From positions 143,036,001-143,100,000 of the forward strand of contig CM059432.1 of the NCBI GenBank assembly GCA_030390025.1: DNA of 64,000 nt, in the 5' to 3' direction. The notes under the pieces were generated by a model that did not search any database, was not told the origin of the DNA, and saw only the letters and a program-made list of their open reading frames with translations. A program made the position numbers and the translations under genes. Shown piece after piece: positions 63,794 through 64,000 of this stretch. Each line of letters starts with the position of its first letter. Positions within the stretch are counted from its first letter, which is position 1. This DNA comes from Squalus acanthias (Eukaryota).

Positions 63794-64000
63794 TTTCAAA
63801 TAAAACTGTTGGACTATAACCTGGTGTTGTGCGACCTCTCAATTTTATATTTATGGCCCATAGTTTTGAACTTCCTCACAATTGGAAACATCTTTTCTAC
63901 ATCTACCCTATTGAACGCCTTCATAATTTTAAAGACCTCTATAAGGTCACCCCCTCAGCCTTCTCTTTTCTGGAGAATAGAACTCCAGCCTGTTCAGTCT

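Larger units (their letters stand above)
62376..63844 (+). mobile_element. Penelope-like element (family A), 5'-truncated, with inverted 5' pLTR copy
   Basis: ~62415-62535 is the reverse complement of ~63726-63846; 12-bp TSD TTATATTTATGG (62364-62375; 63845-63856). Confidence 0.95.
62120..64000 (-). mobile_element. CR1 3' fragment split (62120-62375; 63845-64000) by a PLE
   Basis: CR1 sequence is continuous across the duplicated TTATATTTATGG; similar to 48020-48330. Confidence 0.85.

Overview
Eukaryotic, repeat-dominated DNA with no confidently identifiable host gene. The repeat inventory points to a cartilaginous fish (shark); this is inferred from recalled families, not from a database search. 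The window opens with a 35-bp satellite (1-2472), a 500-N gap and a 15/16-bp satellite (2973-6776). The rest is a nested mosaic: 5'-truncated CR1 LINEs (one 3.5-kb copy keeps EN and RT remnants), a second CR1/L2-group LINE (called LINE-X here), L2 fragments, two tRNA-headed SINE families (one Deu-domain/SacSINE1-like), two families of Penelope-like elements (PLEs) with GIY-YIG ends and minimal hammerhead ribozymes, PIF/Harbinger transposase and Myb/SANT relics with many MITEs, hAT-type MITEs, and two long minisatellites. Several AT-rich unique blocks look like non-coding regulatory elements. Nearly all long ORFs are repeat artefacts or TE fragments, and I found no convincing new gene system. 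The best observations are a satellite apparently born from the arm of a dispersed hairpin MITE, PLE insertions with inverted pLTRs, TSDs and covarying hammerheads, resolvable multi-level TE nesting, and two SINE-LINE tail partnerships. Boundaries of decayed repeats are approximate, read by eye.
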